Assembly (NCBI GenBank): GCA_964252035.1
Contig: OZ176207.1
Reading direction: 5' to 3' (one strand)
Length of the DNA stretch: 64,000 nucleotides
Source: Podarcis erhardii
Lineage: Eukaryota
The notes beneath the pieces are model-generated. The model searched no databases. It was given only the letters and a program-made list of their open reading frames with translations, and was not told the origin of the DNA. Below, piece after piece: positions 61,130 to 64,000 of this stretch. A program made the translations under genes and the position numbers. Each line of letters opens with the position of its first letter. The stretch's first letter is position 1.

Positions 61130-61370
61130 CAAAATTCACCAGAAGGATTTTGCACTGGGCTATCGGCCACTTGCAACCAAGTGAAGATGCCTAGGCACCA
61201 GGAGGGCATGTGACATCTCTACCATCTGGAGATGTGGAATTCTATCGGTTATATTTTATCGGCACAATCAATGAATTTCAGGAACCAAAAAGTCATATTG
61301 AAAAATACAACTTTCAAGCCGTCTGGCCCAAAAATGGCAACTAGGCATTCCATTCTGCTGACTGTATATA
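61130..61370. mobile_element. Second, inverted copy of the repeat at 24850-25215
   Basis: Reverse complement aligns by eye with the 24.85-25.2 kb blocks. Confidence 0.65.
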
Positions 61371-62634
61371 TCTGAGTTTCTAACACTGTGTTAAACTATG
61401 TTTTTAAGAATGTTAGAAATATTATGTCAGCATTATTTTTCAAGCTACGGGAACTGATTATGAAATTGGCTATCATTTCCTTCTAAAGTCTTTTACACAC
61501 AACTTAATGGTTCTGTTTGCATATAATGCTAACTATAGTTTAGAGTTACAGAGACAAGCCACTTACATGTCTCCCCCTTCCTCTAACATGGATGTGAGGA
61601 GTTTAGAAGCTTTCATTTCCAACTTAAACTAACCACAGCTTATTATGATATCTCAACCCAGACAAATTGCAGTTAGTTTTGACTATTGTTAGTGGAAGCT
61701 AACAAACTTCAAACCGTGATTTATGAAGCAAGTTTGTTTCAATAATCCACAGCTGATTAATCACCATTTAGGATTTGGAACTAATTCTCAATTATGCTTA
61801 ATCTGAAATAGAAGCAAAGGCTTCTGACAAGTCACCTCTTAATCCTGACAATGTAACAGGGTAAGAGTAAAATTCCTATTATGTGGAGCAACCTTGACTC
61901 CTTTTAGGACACAAGAGCCCCAAAACAACTGGCTATGGCTTTGTGGCTAGGACAACTACGCTGAGCAGTGACAACCTTCAATTAGAGATCCAGTTTTCCA
62001 ATTTATTTTTCCCCAGAAATCCAACATTACTGCTTCTAACTAGTCTCTCTAATCCAATAATGCACCACACTGGATCTACACGGACAACTGTATAGCCATT
62101 TTCAAAAACAAAACATTTCGTAGTGATCTAGATTTCTCCCCCATCTCCATTGATTATGTGCATGAATAAAGCATCTACTGAAGCTAGGATGTACAAAATT
62201 CAGAGCCAGCAGTTTTAGGACTGATGCTTTAGGAGCCAGGGTGCAGCATGTTTTCAATGAGGTTACACTCCCCTGAAGCAGCAGGTGTGCAGCTTCAGGG
62301 TACTTCCAGATCCAGTACTGCTCCTGAAAGCTGATGTGGCAGCTGTGTCCCAATAGCTCCTTTTATCAGTTTGATTTAAAGCTGTACCCCTGCCAGGAGG
62401 ATATGGAACCAATGTTAGGGCACAGGGGGAAAACAGAAAAATTGGGAGGTGGGAGCTATCCTCCCTTGAACATGCCACCCATTCCCCCCTCCCCCAATCA
62501 TCTTTGCCTGGTCCTAATAGTTACCTAGTCACTTCAAGTAAGATTACTGCAATATGCCCTTAAAGGCAGCCCAGAAACTTCAACTGATGCAGAATATGGC
62601 TGCCATGATTTTGTCTAGAGACATCAGCTTAGAT

Positions 62635-62975
62635 CAGGTTCTCAAACTGTGATCCATGGATGACTTGTGATCTGTGAACTTCATTTAGATGCTCTGTGGT
62701 ATGTCCAAGTCAAATGATCATGTTTCAATTTTACTTTATTTTTTATTTCTTATATTGTATTTCATTGTATTATAATTTTATTCCATGGAATGTAAAATGT
62801 AATACAATAAAATGCAATATAAAAAATAACAGGAATAGAAATAAAATTAAAAAGAATTCACTATCTAGTACAGTGCACTGAAATTGCTACAAGAGGCAGG
62901 AAAATCATTAATTGGTCCACCAAGACCACCAGCAATTTTCCAATGGTCCATAGGGGAAATGTTCAGGAATCACTA
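62635..62975. mobile_element. Old hAT-type non-autonomous element
   Basis: caggttctcaaac...gttcaggaatcacta ends; TSD gcttagat/gcctagat (7/8). Confidence 0.6.
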
Positions 62976-63619
62976 GCCTAGATTATATTTGTGTCCAATG
63001 TACCATGAAACACCTTTCATTAATATAGGTTGATGCACCAAATGAAATACATCCTAGATGCTCTGGTTAAGGTTACTGGAATGCATTTTCAAAAGGGCTA
63101 CCTTTATTCCCCACTCTTGTCTGCTTTTTGTCTGCATACTGCAAACTTAAATTATTACTGCTCAATTCACTGACTGCTACAACCAAGCATGAATTACTTA
63201 TTCAGATACAAACTTGAATGAGAGCCTGTTTATACTCCCATTTTTCATTAAACAATATTATCTCAAGATCCCTGAACTCGTCACCATTGTGATTTGAAGC
63301 ATTATTCCTGCATCACTTAGCTCAGATAATTGAGACAGTCTGTATGAGTAAAACACAGTTTTACACAGCAGCATCTGGGTAAAACCTTGTGGAGTACATT
63401 GCCTCAATGTCTTGAATTTGACATAAGCACTTCTAAACTCTTTTAGGCACCCCAAACAAAGTTTTAAAATGTTCAATTCTAGAAACTCAATTGTGTTCCG
63501 AAACTCAACTTCAAGTTGTTAATGTCTGAGCACACAGCAATCTCTGTTCCTCAAGGTCAAAACTATTGGTTCCACCACCCACAAATAAAACTACTATCAA
63601 AATGAAAAAAGAAAACTAC

Positions 63620-63773
63620 CTGCTGCTTCCAGCAAGGCTTCTAGTCTTGCTTGTGTTTCTGGATCTACTGTTCGTAGGTCTGCTCCTTCTGCAGCACTTG
63701 ACAAAAATATCTCTGATGTTGTTTTAAGCACCGGGTTATCCAGATCTTCTTGGTCCAAAATAAACGACTCAAC
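63620..63773 (-). CDS. ANKHD1: ANKHD1 exon ~2 (VESFILDQEDL...LEALLEAAG), 154 nt, phase 0->1
   Basis: cag|GTT acceptor, G|gtagtt donor. Confidence 0.95.
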
Positions 63774-64000
63774 CTGTTTGAAGACATAGAGGTTAGCTGT
63801 TACTTCTGTTTCATTTAACAATTTATTCCAAACCAGAACAAAACTGAATACATTGTGTCAAAGCCACATATTTGATACCTACATGCATGCATTTTCAAGA
63901 ACAAATGTTACTGGAGAATGAAATTTCAGAACACATACTATTAGTTGAACACATTTACAACCATGTTCAAGGTAACAGTAATTTAGACTGTACTGCAGAC

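Larger units (their letters stand above)
3287..63773 (-). other. ANKHD1: ANKHD1 gene body (partial: about exons 2-27; extends beyond both window ends)
   Basis: 26 GT-AG exons splice into one open frame (4766 nt). Peptides such as VESFILDQEDLDNPVLKTTSEIFLSS, GTSKQKSTSLQVADQ and EEGWKEVVRR match ANKHD1 rather than its paralog ANKRD17, from recalled human sequences. Confidence 0.96.

Overview
Vertebrate genomic DNA, most likely a squamate lizard (inferred from Sauria/Squam-type SINEs, L2/CR1/RTE LINEs and Penelope fragments). The whole window lies inside ANKHD1 (ankyrin repeat and KH domain 1, Mask family) on the minus strand. I traced 26 consecutive coding exons by hand (63773 down to 3287; 4766 nt, all GT-AG, phases consistent). 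They correspond to about exons 2-27 of the human gene as I recall it, and cover both ankyrin clusters, the coiled-coil/linker and the Lys-rich/acidic region. Exon 1 and the KH-domain exons lie outside the window. Introns carry many transposon remnants, several with visible target-site duplications. Best unexplained signals: (i) an in-frame 111-nt candidate cassette exon just before the KH domain; (ii) an in-frame 24-nt microexon candidate plus several stop-containing (poison or terminal) exon candidates in the introns flanking exon 15; (iii) Penelope-type palindromic inserts carrying minimal hammerhead-ribozyme motifs, two on the pre-mRNA strand in one intron, one forming a perfect 98-bp inverted repeat. 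Exon numbers and repeat family names are from recalled homology, not a database search. Most ORFs in the supplied track are spurious.
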